Below, piece after piece: positions 54,305 to 63,919 of a stretch of DNA of 64,000 nt. This DNA comes from Bryobacterales bacterium. Lineage in GTDB: Bacteria > Acidobacteriota > Terriglobia > Bryobacterales > UBA6623. The DNA is taken from contig CBDCCP010000001.1 in NCBI GenBank assembly GCA_965214915.1, positions 2,130,898-2,194,897 on the forward strand, given 5' to 3'. The first letter of the stretch is position 1. Each line of letters starts with the position of its first letter. Below the pieces are notes generated by a model, which ran no database searches, was not told the origin of the DNA, and was given only the letters and a program-made list of their open reading frames with translations. The position numbers and the translations under genes are program-made.

Positions 54305-55825
54305 ATGAGCGGGGCCTTTGTTAAGTTCACCCGAAGAGCTGTCGTCGGGCTGGCGTTCGCAGGCGCGCTGCCGGCGTCGGCCGCCACGCGCGGGGCGGCC
54401 TCCGACAAACCCAATATTGTGCTGATCCTCGCCGACGACTTGGGATACGGAGACCTCAGCTCTTACGGCGCGACGAAGCTCCGGACTCCGCACATCGACA
54501 GCCTGGCCTCACAGGGCATGCTCTTTACCGACGCTCACGCAGAAGCCTCTACCTGCACGCCTACTCGATACGGACTGCTGACCGGTCGTTATAGCTGGCG
54601 GACATGGCTGAAGTACAGCGCCCTGAGCACGGATGGGCCGTTGTTGATCGAGGAGGGTCGGATGACGGTGGCTTCTCTGCTGAACTCCGCCGGATACTAC
54701 ACCTCGATCGTCGGGAAATGGCACTTGGGTTTCGGCCGCGAGGACGACTTTGCTCGGGACCGAGAGGGCCCGCCGAATTTTTGGAGGAGCAGGAAAGGGG
54801 GGCCGAACTGGAACGGGGAACTGAAGCCCGGCCCGCTGGAGGTTGGCTTCGACTACTTCTACGGGATTCCCGTTGCCAACAGCTTCCCGCCGTACGTGCT
54901 GGTGGAGAACCGCCGTGTCGACGGACTCCGTAAGGACAGCCCAATCGGCAAGATGGAATCGACGAACAACGGAAGTATGGAGGGGGGCGAGGGAGCGCGC
55001 TGGAGAGATGAGGATCTCGTGGATCGACTAACCGCCAAGACGGTTGACCAATTAGAGAAACTGGCGAAGAAGAAGCAGCCGTTTTTCTTGTACTACGCGG
55101 CGCATCAACCGCACATACCGAATAAACCGAACCCCCGTTTCAAAGGAACGAGTCCGGTCGGCGCGCGGGGAGACTGCATTCACGAGTTGGACTGGTCGGT
55201 GGGCGAAGTGCTGACGGCGCTGGACCGTCTCGGGTTGACGGAGAACACACTCGTCATTTTCACCAGTGACAACGGGGCGTCGCCGACCTTCGAGGAAGGT
55301 CACCGGCCCATGGGCCCTGTGCTCAAAGGCCGCAAGGGCGATCTCTATGAAGGCGGTCACCGAGTCCCGTTCCTTGCGCGATGGCCGGGCAAGATCAAGT
55401 CGGGCGCACGCTCAGCGGAAACGATCAGCCTGAACGACATGCCGGCTACGTTCGCGGCATTGATCGGACAAGAGTTGCCGCCGGAAGCCGGACCTGACAG
55501 CTTCAACGTGTTGCCGGCTTTGCTTGGAAAAGAGTCGCCGGAACCTCTGCGTCCCTCGCTGGTCATGACGGCCGGCGGCACGGGGAAGCTTGCCGTCCGC
55601 GAGGGGAAGTGGAAGTTCATCGATGGTCAGGGCAGTTTCGGGTATGCGCACAACAGAGCACGGGAGAAGAAACCTGCCCCCGGAGCTCCCAAAGGTCAAC
55701 TGTACGACATGGAGAAGGACATTGGGGAGAGGAACAACCTCTACGACCGGCGCCCGGAAATTGTGGAGCGCCTCAGGGGCCTTTTGCGAAAGATCAAGGA
55801 TGAGGGACGCAGCCGGCCGCTGTGA
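54305..55825 (+). CDS. Cys-type arylsulfatase (paralogue 2)
   Basis: ATG 54305 (MSGAFVKFTRRAVVGLAFAG), CTPTR motif. Collinear with 50597-52168 along its whole length. Confidence 0.9.
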   Translation: MSGAFVKFTRRAVVGLAFAGALPASAATRGAASDKPNIVLILADDLGYGDLSSYGATKLRTPHIDSLASQGMLFTDAHAEASTCTPTRYGLLTGRYSWRTWLKYSALSTDGPLLIEEGRMTVASLLNSAGYYTSIVGKWHLGFGREDDFARDREGPPNFWRSRKGGPNWNGELKPGPLEVGFDYFYGIPVANSFPPYVLVENRRVDGLRKDSPIGKMESTNNGSMEGGEGARWRDEDLVDRLTAKTVDQLEKLAKKKQPFFLYYAAHQPHIPNKPNPRFKGTSPVGARGDCIHELDWSVGEVLTALDRLGLTENTLVIFTSDNGASPTFEEGHRPMGPVLKGRKGDLYEGGHRVPFLARWPGKIKSGARSAETISLNDMPATFAALIGQELPPEAGPDSFNVLPALLGKESPEPLRPSLVMTAGGTGKLAVREGKWKFIDGQGSFGYAHNRAREKKPAPGAPKGQLYDMEKDIGERNNLYDRRPEIVERLRGLLRKIKDEGRSRPL

Positions 55826-55867
55826 GCAGGTTTCTCGCGAGAAGCGACTCAAGGAGAGAGAAGACAC

Positions 55868-57883
55868 ATGAAACGATTCGCGGTCTGTTGGTTAACTGTG
55901 ATTTTTCTCCTGTTCTTGCCTGTTGCGTCCTTGGCGGAGATTTGGATCGGCGTGCATTACGAGTATCCCTTCGGCGGCATGATGGCGGACCGACCGGAAT
56001 GGATTCCCAAGGGCGAAAAGGACTGGCGCCGCGACCTGCGGATGATCAAGGATACCGGTTTCAACCTGATCCGTATCCGCGTCGGACTGGATTCCGACAT
56101 AGACGACATTGCGACGCTGCTCGACATCTGCCAAGAACTCGACATCAAAGTGGAGTTTGGCAGCGCCATGTTCTATGTGTCCAATGAGTTCGTCAGGAAG
56201 CACCCCGACTCGAAGATGGTCATGGCGGACGGCGAAAAGATCCCGCGCGATGAGCTGGACTACCGCTGGCCCCGAGCCTGTATTCACCATCCCGCGTTTC
56301 GCACTCAGCGCAATCGGTTTTTCGAACAGTGCGCCCGGCGGTTCAAAGACCATCCCGCCGTCATTGCCTGGGACGTTCACAATGAACCGTCTTTCCGCGA
56401 CTGCCGCTGTGACAACACGATGGCTGCCTATCGCCGCGCTGTCGAGACGGAATTCGGCGGCGTGGAGCAGTACAACCGACGGTTCGGCGCGTCGTTCGCG
56501 GCCTTGAATGACGTGGCGCCCCCCAAGCAGCGTTCTGAAAACATCGAGGCATACCGCTACTGGCGGGCATTTCTGACCGCTGAGCTCAACCGCTATCTCA
56601 ACGAGCTACGAGACATTGTCCGCAAACACGTGCCCGAACTACCGATTACGTATAACCCTACGAATGCGTTCAGCATTAGCCGCACAGCGCAGGACTGGTG
56701 GAACCTGCGCAGCTACGACCTGATGTCCGCCAGCCACTACGCCGCTTCGGGGGAACACACACAGGGCAAGTCCGTCCAATTGGCGATGATGAAGGCCCTC
56801 GGACCGGGAAAAGATCTGTGGATCGCCGAATTCCAAGGCGGCCCATTCATTCTCGGTGGGCGCGACACACTCTACAACGGCAAGCAGATGACGCTGGAAC
56901 TGAACGCTGCCCTGGCCCACAACATGAAAGGCGTCATTTTCTATCGCTGGGACCCGTTGCTGAACGGTCCGGAACCCTGGATCAACGCCATTATCGGCGT
57001 GGGCGCCTACGATACCGAAAGACGTCTGACATTGAAAAAGGGCATCGCCGAACTGGGTGAGCACCGAGATATCCTCGAACGCGGAAGGAGCATCGCTCCC
57101 AGTGTGGGCATCTTTCTGAAGCGGGATCATGCAGTTCACAGTAGTGAATTGGGCTACGACCTCCAACAAGCAATGTACGGCAATTATTCGATGCTCAGCG
57201 CACTGGGATATGAAGCCGCCGTCGTGTTGGATGAGTTCGACCCCGCCAACTGCCCCTACGATGCGATGATCTTCCCGTATACTTACATCGACGCCGATCT
57301 GGCAGGGGCCATCCGGCAGTACGCCGGATCCGGTAAACGGGCTATTGTCGAGCTGCCGGTCCAAGATATGGATGCGGCCAAGTCGGTTGGCGAGCAGTTC
57401 GGAGTGCGGATCGTCGGCCACGAAAAGCCGAACTACTGGTTCAATGGGTGGGACCTCCGCGGGACCGGCCGGGAACCCGGAGCCGAGCAGGGCCGGTTCG
57501 CCGGCTTTGGCGCCCATGAGCGGCTGCTGTTGGACGCCGCGGGGCAAAAGGTTTTATTGACCTACGGCCTGGACGCCAAGCCCGCCGTTGTCGCTCCGAC
57601 TGAATACGGCGGCAACGTATTGCTATTCGGTTTCCCACTGGGCAGGACGCATGCCACGATGCTGCACCAAGATTTAAGAAACTTCGTGGGGGCCTTCATC
57701 GGCCGGAGCGTTCAGCCGGATATCGTCCTGAAGGGCGTCCCCGACGAGTACCGTTCCATGGTCGAGGCGCGGGTGATCGAGACCGATAAAGAGGGCCTGT
57801 TGTTCGTCATCAACCGCGGCTTGTACGACTATGACCTGGAAGTCGCTGTGAAACGGAAGTTTCAGGGCTTCATTTCCCCCTAA
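55868..57883 (+). CDS. GH42-like glycoside hydrolase (beta-galactosidase family, clan GH-A)
   Basis: Signal peptide, TIM-barrel acid/base WDVHNEP, candidate nucleophile WIAEFQGG, and a middle domain resembling the GH42 trimerisation domain (YDAMIFPYTYIDADLAGAIRQYAGSGKRAIV). AAGGAGAG ribosome-binding site. Confidence 0.7.
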   Translation: MKRFAVCWLTVIFLLFLPVASLAEIWIGVHYEYPFGGMMADRPEWIPKGEKDWRRDLRMIKDTGFNLIRIRVGLDSDIDDIATLLDICQELDIKVEFGSAMFYVSNEFVRKHPDSKMVMADGEKIPRDELDYRWPRACIHHPAFRTQRNRFFEQCARRFKDHPAVIAWDVHNEPSFRDCRCDNTMAAYRRAVETEFGGVEQYNRRFGASFAALNDVAPPKQRSENIEAYRYWRAFLTAELNRYLNELRDIVRKHVPELPITYNPTNAFSISRTAQDWWNLRSYDLMSASHYAASGEHTQGKSVQLAMMKALGPGKDLWIAEFQGGPFILGGRDTLYNGKQMTLELNAALAHNMKGVIFYRWDPLLNGPEPWINAIIGVGAYDTERRLTLKKGIAELGEHRDILERGRSIAPSVGIFLKRDHAVHSSELGYDLQQAMYGNYSMLSALGYEAAVVLDEFDPANCPYDAMIFPYTYIDADLAGAIRQYAGSGKRAIVELPVQDMDAAKSVGEQFGVRIVGHEKPNYWFNGWDLRGTGREPGAEQGRFAGFGAHERLLLDAAGQKVLLTYGLDAKPAVVAPTEYGGNVLLFGFPLGRTHATMLHQDLRNFVGAFIGRSVQPDIVLKGVPDEYRSMVEARVIETDKEGLLFVINRGLYDYDLEVAVKRKFQGFISP

Positions 57884-57976
57884 CGCATAGATTGCAAAGG
57901 GTTTTGGTGGTGTCGAGGTGTGGTGTAAGAGGCGATTTGTAGCCATGTATATTGCTGTTTTTCATTATTTATTACC

Positions 57977-58005
57977 TTGTTTTCGTTTGATATACCTGCT
58001 ATAAT
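57977..58005 (+). promoter_or_regulatory. candidate sigma-70 promoter of the transposase
   Basis: TTGTTT (57977-57982), 17-nt spacer, then a perfect TATAAT (58000-58005). The transposase ATG lies 7 nt downstream, which implies a leaderless or near-leaderless transcript. Confidence 0.35.
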
Positions 58006-58012
58006 TGTATCC

Positions 58013-59737
58013 ATGTACATAGAGCGCGTGCCCAACCGCAACTCGCCCCCAGCCATCCTCCTCCGCGAGTCCTACCGCGACCGCGGCCGCGTCAAAAAAC
58101 GCACCCTCGCCAACCTCTCCAAGCTGCCCCCCGCCGCCATCGAGACGCTGCGCCGGGTCCTGCGCGGCGAGCGCCTCGTCCCTGCCGACGAGGCCTTCAC
58201 CTGCCTGCGCAGCCTGCCCCACGGCCATGTCGCCGCCGTCGTGGGCTCGCTGCAGCAACTCGCCCTGCCCACCTTGCTCGCCCGCCGCCCCAGCCGCACC
58301 CGCGACTTGGCCGTGGCCCTGCTCGCCGCCCGCGTCATCGACGCGCAGTCGAAGCTGGCCACCGCCCGCGCCCTGACGCCCGAGAGCGCGGTGTCGACCC
58401 TGGGCGCGGCGCTCGGCCTCGGCGACGTCAACCAGCACGAACTGTATCAGGCGATGGACTGGCTGCTGGAGCGGCAGGCGGGCATCGAGCAGCGGCTGGC
58501 CAAGCGCCATCTACAGGAGCACACCCTGCTGCTCTACGACCTGACCTCCAGCTACCTGGAGGGAACCCACTGCCCCTTGGCCCAACGGGGACACAGCCGC
58601 GACGGCAAGCCGGGCACGTTGCAGATCGTCTTCGGTCTGTTATGCACGGCCGCCGGCTGCCCGGTGGCGGTGGAAGTCTTCGCCGGCTCGACCGGCGATC
58701 CGCAGACGGTGGCCAGCCAAGTGGACAAGATCCGCAACCGCTTCGGACTCGCACGGGTGGTGCTGGTGGGCGACCGCGGCATGCTCACCGCGGCGCGCAT
58801 CCGCCAGGACCTGCAGGGCGTCGACGGGCTGCGCTGGATCACCACGCTGCGCGCGCCGACGCTGCGCAAGCTGCTGGCCGCCGGCGCGGTGGCGCCCTCG
58901 TTGTTCGACGAGCGCAACCTGGCCGAGATCAGCAGCGAGGAGTTCCCCGGCGAGCGACTGGTCGTGTGCCGCAATCCCCTGCTGGCCGCCCAGCGCCAGC
59001 GCAAGCGGCAGGAACTGCTGGCCGCCACCGAGCAGGACCTGGCGCCCATCGCCACGGCGACTCGACGGAAGAACCGGCCGTTGCGCGGCGCGGCGGCCAT
59101 CGGCCTGCGGGTCGGCAAGGTGCTTAACCGCCACAAGGTCGCCAAGCACTTCGTCACCACCATCACCGACGACACGTTCAGCTATCGCCGGGATGAAGAC
59201 AAGATCGCGGCCGAGCAGCAACTCGACGGGCTCTACATCGTCCGCTCCAACGTCGCCCCCGAGCGGTTCGATGCCGCCCAGACAGTGCGCGCCTACAAGA
59301 ACCTGGCGCAGGTGGAGCGGGCCTTTCGCAGTCTCAAGTCGGTGAACCTGAAGGTGCGCCCGATCCACCACCGGCGGGCGGACCGCGTGCGGGCGCACGT
59401 GCTGCTGTGCATGCTGGCCTACTACGTCGAGTGGCACATGCGCCAAAAGCTGGCGCCCCTGCTGTTCGACGACCACGACCCGGCCGCAGCCGAGCAGCAA
59501 CGCCCTTCGCCGCTCGCCCCCGCGCGCCGCTCGCCGGCGGCAGCGGCCAAGGCCGGCCGCAAGCGCACCGCCGACGATCTGCCGGTGCATAGCTTCCGCT
59601 CGCTACTCGCCGACCTGGGGACGCTGACCGCCAACACCATGCAGGCCGCCGCCGGCGCCAACTTCACTATCCAGACGCAGCCCACGCCCCTGCAACAGCG
59701 CTGTTTCCAACTGCTGGGAGTGACGCCCAAAGTGTAG
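58013..59737 (+). CDS. DDE transposase, IS1634-like
   Basis: MYIERVPNRNSPPAILLRESYRDRGRVKKRTLANLS N-terminus. Acidic residues in LLLYDLTSSY and VLVGDRGM. C-terminal AYKNLAQVERAFRSLKS...VRPIHH block. The TTG 57977 extension in the ORF track is unlikely. Confidence 0.85.
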   Translation: MYIERVPNRNSPPAILLRESYRDRGRVKKRTLANLSKLPPAAIETLRRVLRGERLVPADEAFTCLRSLPHGHVAAVVGSLQQLALPTLLARRPSRTRDLAVALLAARVIDAQSKLATARALTPESAVSTLGAALGLGDVNQHELYQAMDWLLERQAGIEQRLAKRHLQEHTLLLYDLTSSYLEGTHCPLAQRGHSRDGKPGTLQIVFGLLCTAAGCPVAVEVFAGSTGDPQTVASQVDKIRNRFGLARVVLVGDRGMLTAARIRQDLQGVDGLRWITTLRAPTLRKLLAAGAVAPSLFDERNLAEISSEEFPGERLVVCRNPLLAAQRQRKRQELLAATEQDLAPIATATRRKNRPLRGAAAIGLRVGKVLNRHKVAKHFVTTITDDTFSYRRDEDKIAAEQQLDGLYIVRSNVAPERFDAAQTVRAYKNLAQVERAFRSLKSVNLKVRPIHHRRADRVRAHVLLCMLAYYVEWHMRQKLAPLLFDDHDPAAAEQQRPSPLAPARRSPAAAAKAGRKRTADDLPVHSFRSLLADLGTLTANTMQAAAGANFTIQTQPTPLQQRCFQLLGVTPKV

Positions 59738-60332
59738 CCAGAACCAAACACCCGAGAAAGACATAACCCCCACTACAGCAGTGACTTATACCCGATCAGC
59801 CCTGAAACTTCCGGTGAAAGGCTACCGGCCGATCGAAACGAAAGTCGGGATGTACAGCGTGACAAAGCAGTTGCTGCAATGATCCCGCTCGGTGGAGCTC
59901 GAAGTCAGAAAGTCGTTGAAGTTCGGCGGACGGTATCCCTCGTCGCTGCCATCTTCACCAACGAAAGCAGGCGGCAAAGAGTGGCGGGTTCGGTTTACGG
60001 CTCCCGATCCCGCGTTTGCCGATAGCGCCAACAAGCCCGGTTTCCAAGACTGCTTGGTCAACGGGGCTTGACGGCTCCGCTTCTTCCTGGCCGTATTGCC
60101 CCAGCAATTGCGGGGACCATACATAACCCGAATCTCAGCAAAAAGCGCCGCCACGCGGCAAACCGCCTAAGCTCGCCCTCGCCTTCGTGAGGCGAAAGCT
60201 TGTCATCTGGGCCAACGCCCTGATTCAACAGAACCGTCTCCGGCCGCCGGAACCCCAGTCGATGCCTGGGCGACACATGGATACTCATTTCAGAGTTGGA
60301 AACGACTCCGCCGCGCCGGGGTTAACGGCCCG

Positions 60333-61712
60333 CTAATCCCTGCCGTTGTCGGCGCGGATTCCCAGGGCCTTCATCTTGCGGTAGAGATGACTGCGTTCGA
60401 GGCCCAGCGCGGACGCGGCGCGGGTTACGTTCCAGGCCGTCGATTCGAGCGTGCGCAGAACGTAGTCCCGCTCGTAAGCTTTGCGCGCTTCCTCGAGACT
60501 GGTGAAGCCCGCCGTCGCGCGGGAACCGCGCCCGCGGCGCTCCAACAGTGGAATCTGCGCCGCGCCGATCGGCCCTTGCGGGTTCATGATGACGATGCGC
60601 TCCATCAGGTTGCGCAACTCGCGGACGTTTCCCGGCCAAGGCTGCTCGAGCAGCGGTTCGAGAGCTTCCGGCGGCAGGCGGCAGGCGCGGCGCCCGTAAG
60701 CCCGCGCGAATTCGTCGAAAAAATGCTGCGCGAGCACCGGGATATCCTCGACGCGCTCGCGCAGCGGCGGCACGTAGAACGGAACGACGTTGAGGCGGTA
60801 GAAAAGATCCTCGCGGAAATTGCCGCGTTCGATCTCGCCCTCGATGTCTTTATTGGTGGCCGCGATGACCCTGACGTCGACTTGCACGGCGCGCCCCGAC
60901 CCGACCGGCTCGAAGCGCTGCTCTTCGAGCGCGCGCATCACCTTGGCCTGCGTTTTCAGGCTCATGTCGCCGACCTCGTCGAGGAACAGAGAGCCGCCGT
61001 CGGCTTGCTGGAACTTGCCGATCTTGTCTTCGCCGGCGCCGGCGAGCGACCCTTTCACGTGTCCGAACAATTCGCTTTCGATCAACTCTTCGGGAATGGC
61101 TGCGCAGTTCACCTCCACAAAGCTTCCCTGCGACCGATTGCTCTTGGCGTGAAGCGCGCGCGCCACCAACTCCTTGCCGCTGCCGCTTTCGCCGAAGATC
61201 AGCACGCGGCCGTTGGTCGGCGCCATCAAGTCGATCTGTTGGCGCAGCGCCTTCATCGGAATCGAGTCGCCCAGAATGCGGTGCTTCAGGCGCGCCTCGG
61301 CCTCGAACTCCCGGTTGCGCACCCACAACCGCCGGTGCTCCAGGGCATTGCGCACGGCGACCGTCACCTTGGCGATCGAGAGCGGCTTTTCGAGAAAATC
61401 GAAGGCCCCGAGCTTCGTCGCGCGAACCGCCGTTTCGATATTGCCGTGTCCGGAAATCACGATGACCACCGCCGCACACGCCGGGGACAGCTTGGCGATG
61501 CGTTCGAGCGTCTCCAGACCGTCGATGCCGGGCAGCCAGATGTCCAACAAGACAACCGGGAACACGCGCGCCGCCAGACGTTCGAGGCAAGCCTCGCCGC
61601 TGGCCACGGATTCGACTTCGTAACCCTCGTCTTCGAGAATGCCGGTCAGCGTTTCGCGGATGCCGGGCTCGTCGTCGACAACGAGAATGCAGCCTTTCGA
61701 TCGCGGGCTCAA
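60333..61712 (-). CDS. sigma-54-dependent response regulator (NtrC/NtrX-like: receiver + AAA+ + Fis HTH)
   Basis: ILVVDDEPGIR...LLDIWLPG receiver, Walker A GESGSGKE, GAFTGA-equivalent loop (GHVKGSLAGA), and C-terminal HTH WNVTRAASALGLERSHLYRKMK. The TTG start overlaps the kinase stop (TTGA). Confidence 0.9.
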   Translation of the reverse strand: MSPRSKGCILVVDDEPGIRETLTGILEDEGYEVESVASGEACLERLAARVFPVVLLDIWLPGIDGLETLERIAKLSPACAAVVIVISGHGNIETAVRATKLGAFDFLEKPLSIAKVTVAVRNALEHRRLWVRNREFEAEARLKHRILGDSIPMKALRQQIDLMAPTNGRVLIFGESGSGKELVARALHAKSNRSQGSFVEVNCAAIPEELIESELFGHVKGSLAGAGEDKIGKFQQADGGSLFLDEVGDMSLKTQAKVMRALEEQRFEPVGSGRAVQVDVRVIAATNKDIEGEIERGNFREDLFYRLNVVPFYVPPLRERVEDIPVLAQHFFDEFARAYGRRACRLPPEALEPLLEQPWPGNVRELRNLMERIVIMNPQGPIGAAQIPLLERRGRGSRATAGFTSLEEARKAYERDYVLRTLESTAWNVTRAASALGLERSHLYRKMKALGIRADNGRD

Positions 61713-63919
61713 GCGGCGACTCCCTTGCTGTAAGCAACCCCGCTGCCCACCGCCGGCAACTCGACGATGAAGCGCGAGCCGGTCGGCCGGTTGTCTTCCA
61801 CGCGAATGGAGCCGCGGTGATCCGTGACGATGCGCCTCACGATCGGCAGGCCGAGGCCCGTCCCGCGTTCCTTGGTCGAGAAATAGGGCAGGAAGAGTTT
61901 TTGCTTGTCTTCGGCGGAAATCCCCGGGCCGGAGTCGGCGACGACCAATTCGACGGCGTCCGTATCGAGACCGGCGCCGGTCGAAACCACGATTTCCTTG
62001 ACCCAGCAGCCTTCGACCGCCTCGGCGGCGTTGTCGATCAGATTCACGATGACCCGCTTGATGGGCTCGGGGTCGATCAGCGCATCGGGCAGTTCCGCCG
62101 TTGTGTCCACGCGCAGCTTCACGCCCGGCAGGCGCCCGTCGAAGACGCCGACGGCATCGCGCACGACGGCGTTGAGGTCGGCGCCTTCGGGCCGCAGCGC
62201 GGGGAAACGCGCCAGATCGGAAAACTCGTTGACCAGGGTTTTCAACGACTGCGCCTCGCGCGCGATCGTGCTTGTCGATTGATCCAGACGCTTGCGCACG
62301 GCATTCCGCTCGTCCGCGTCGAGCGCTTCGTTGTAGCGCGCCAGCAGGCGGTCGATGCGCTCCGCGGCCAAGACGATCGGCGTGAGCGGGTTCTTGATCT
62401 CATGCGCCAACCGCTGCGCAACTTCCTGCCAGGCCGCCGACCGCTGCGCGCGAACGATTTCCGTCGTATCTTCGAACACCACGACAAAGCCGTGAGCGGA
62501 CGCTTCGGACTCGAGCGACGATACCGTCATGCTCAGATGCACGATGCGGCCCAAGCGTTCGAGCTCGAAATCGCGGTTGGCGATGCCGGTGCGTCGGGCG
62601 CGCTTGAGCGTATGCTCGAAGGCGGAGCGGTCCGCTCCCGAAAACAAATCGCGGATGTCGGTCGAACGCGAGACCGGCTTCGGCGCAAAAATTTGCGCCG
62701 CCGATTCGTTGAATTTCAGAATTTCGCCGTCGTCCGATACGGAGATCACTCCGGGCGTAATGCTCTCGAGGATAGCGTCGATAAACCGCCGGCGCGCGTC
62801 GAGCTCCGTGTTGGCCAACGCCAGTTCCCGGTTGCTGCGCGTGAGCTGGTCCGTTTTCATCTCCAGCGTCCGGCCCATTTTGTTGAACGATTCGACCAGG
62901 CCGGCCAACTCGTCCATCGCCGGCGTCTTCACGCGGTAGTCGAGATGGCCGCCGGCGAATTCGCCGGTCGCCGTGACCAACGCCTCGATCGGACGAATGA
63001 TTTGCTTCGAGGCTAACAGCGCCAGCCATACCGCGACAAAGGCAATGAACAGCGTGATCAACGCCAGTATCCAGGCGTACGACCGCCATACCAGCGGGCG
63101 TTCGCCCTCGAGTCCCTGCCAAATGACGAACTGCTCTTGCATCAGAGCCTGCCGGCGCAAGATATCGTCCGGAATGCTCCAGGCGATCAAGGCCGTGCCG
63201 ACCTCGACGTCTTGCTTATAGACCGGCGCGGCGGCGAACACCATGTCGAAGTCGATTCCCGAAGTCCGGCCGCCGCCGGGCTGCAAGACCCGCCAGTGCG
63301 CCGGACCGTCCACGATGCCGCCCTGAAAAATCTCGACCGCGGGCTGCCGCGACCCGGGCGGCAGCAAGGCCAGATATTCCGCGTTGACCTGCCGCGCCAG
63401 ACGATGCAATTCCGCCGCCGCCTTGCCGTCGGCCAACGCCGCGGCGGCCGCCGGATTTGCGGCCAGCGCCTCGACATCGTTTTGCGTCTTGCGCAAAATC
63501 ACGTCGTTGGCATGCGCCGCCACCGCCTGCGATGCGCGCAGCACCTCGATCGTGGGTTGGCTGAACCATTTGTCCACGTTGCGGTTGAGCAGGACGATGG
63601 AATAGGCGACGTGTACGGCCAGGGGCGCCACCGAAAGCGCCAGCGCCGCAACGACGAGCTTGGTCTTGATGTGCGAGCCGAGCTTGTTCTGGCGGCGCTC
63701 GATGTAAACCTTGAGCAGGTTGCGGGCGACCACGAAGGCCAGCGTGATCGTGCCGATGACGACAAAAGTCGACACGCCCCAGAGGACAAACGTATCGGTG
63801 GCGGTCTCGGGCCGGAAGTCGCCGAAATCCAGCGAGGTCTGCCAGAAAGACAGACCGATCAACGCCAGCAGGACCAGCCCCGAGGCGATCAGCGAGATCA
63901 GATGCCCGCGTTTCGACAA
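61709..63919 (-). CDS. NtrY-like sensor histidine kinase (4 TM, HAMP, PAS, HisKA, HATPase)
   Basis: H-box RLAHEIKNPLTPI, N/G boxes NLIDNAAEA, DSGPGI and GTGLGLPIV, and an N-terminal polytopic sensor with a HAMP domain. TTG start is uncertain. Confidence 0.85.
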   Translation of the reverse strand: MSKRGHLISLIASGLVLLALIGLSFWQTSLDFGDFRPETATDTFVLWGVSTFVVIGTITLAFVVARNLLKVYIERRQNKLGSHIKTKLVVAALALSVAPLAVHVAYSIVLLNRNVDKWFSQPTIEVLRASQAVAAHANDVILRKTQNDVEALAANPAAAAALADGKAAAELHRLARQVNAEYLALLPPGSRQPAVEIFQGGIVDGPAHWRVLQPGGGRTSGIDFDMVFAAAPVYKQDVEVGTALIAWSIPDDILRRQALMQEQFVIWQGLEGERPLVWRSYAWILALITLFIAFVAVWLALLASKQIIRPIEALVTATGEFAGGHLDYRVKTPAMDELAGLVESFNKMGRTLEMKTDQLTRSNRELALANTELDARRRFIDAILESITPGVISVSDDGEILKFNESAAQIFAPKPVSRSTDIRDLFSGADRSAFEHTLKRARRTGIANRDFELERLGRIVHLSMTVSSLESEASAHGFVVVFEDTTEIVRAQRSAAWQEVAQRLAHEIKNPLTPIVLAAERIDRLLARYNEALDADERNAVRKRLDQSTSTIAREAQSLKTLVNEFSDLARFPALRPEGADLNAVVRDAVGVFDGRLPGVKLRVDTTAELPDALIDPEPIKRVIVNLIDNAAEAVEGCWVKEIVVSTGAGLDTDAVELVVADSGPGISAEDKQKLFLPYFSTKERGTGLGLPIVRRIVTDHRGSIRVEDNRPTGSRFIVELPAVGSGVAYSKGVAA

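Larger units (their letters stand above)
57900..59760 (+). mobile_element. IS element, IS4-superfamily (IS1634-like); ends approximate
   Basis: Single DDE transposase ORF. Imperfect terminal inverted similarity between GGGTTTTGGTGGTGTCGAGGTG (left, ~57900-57921) and the reverse complement of CCAGAACCAAACACCCGAG (right, ~59738-59756). AT-rich leader in a GC-rich genome. Confidence 0.65.

Noticed and set aside
54719-54734. Sigma-54 promoter-like TGGCAC-N5-TTTCG, with a paralogous TGGCAC-N5-CTTCG at 51024-51039
   Set aside because: Both lie inside sulfatase coding sequence, where they encode the conserved KWHLGFG motif. The -12 element also deviates from TTGC.
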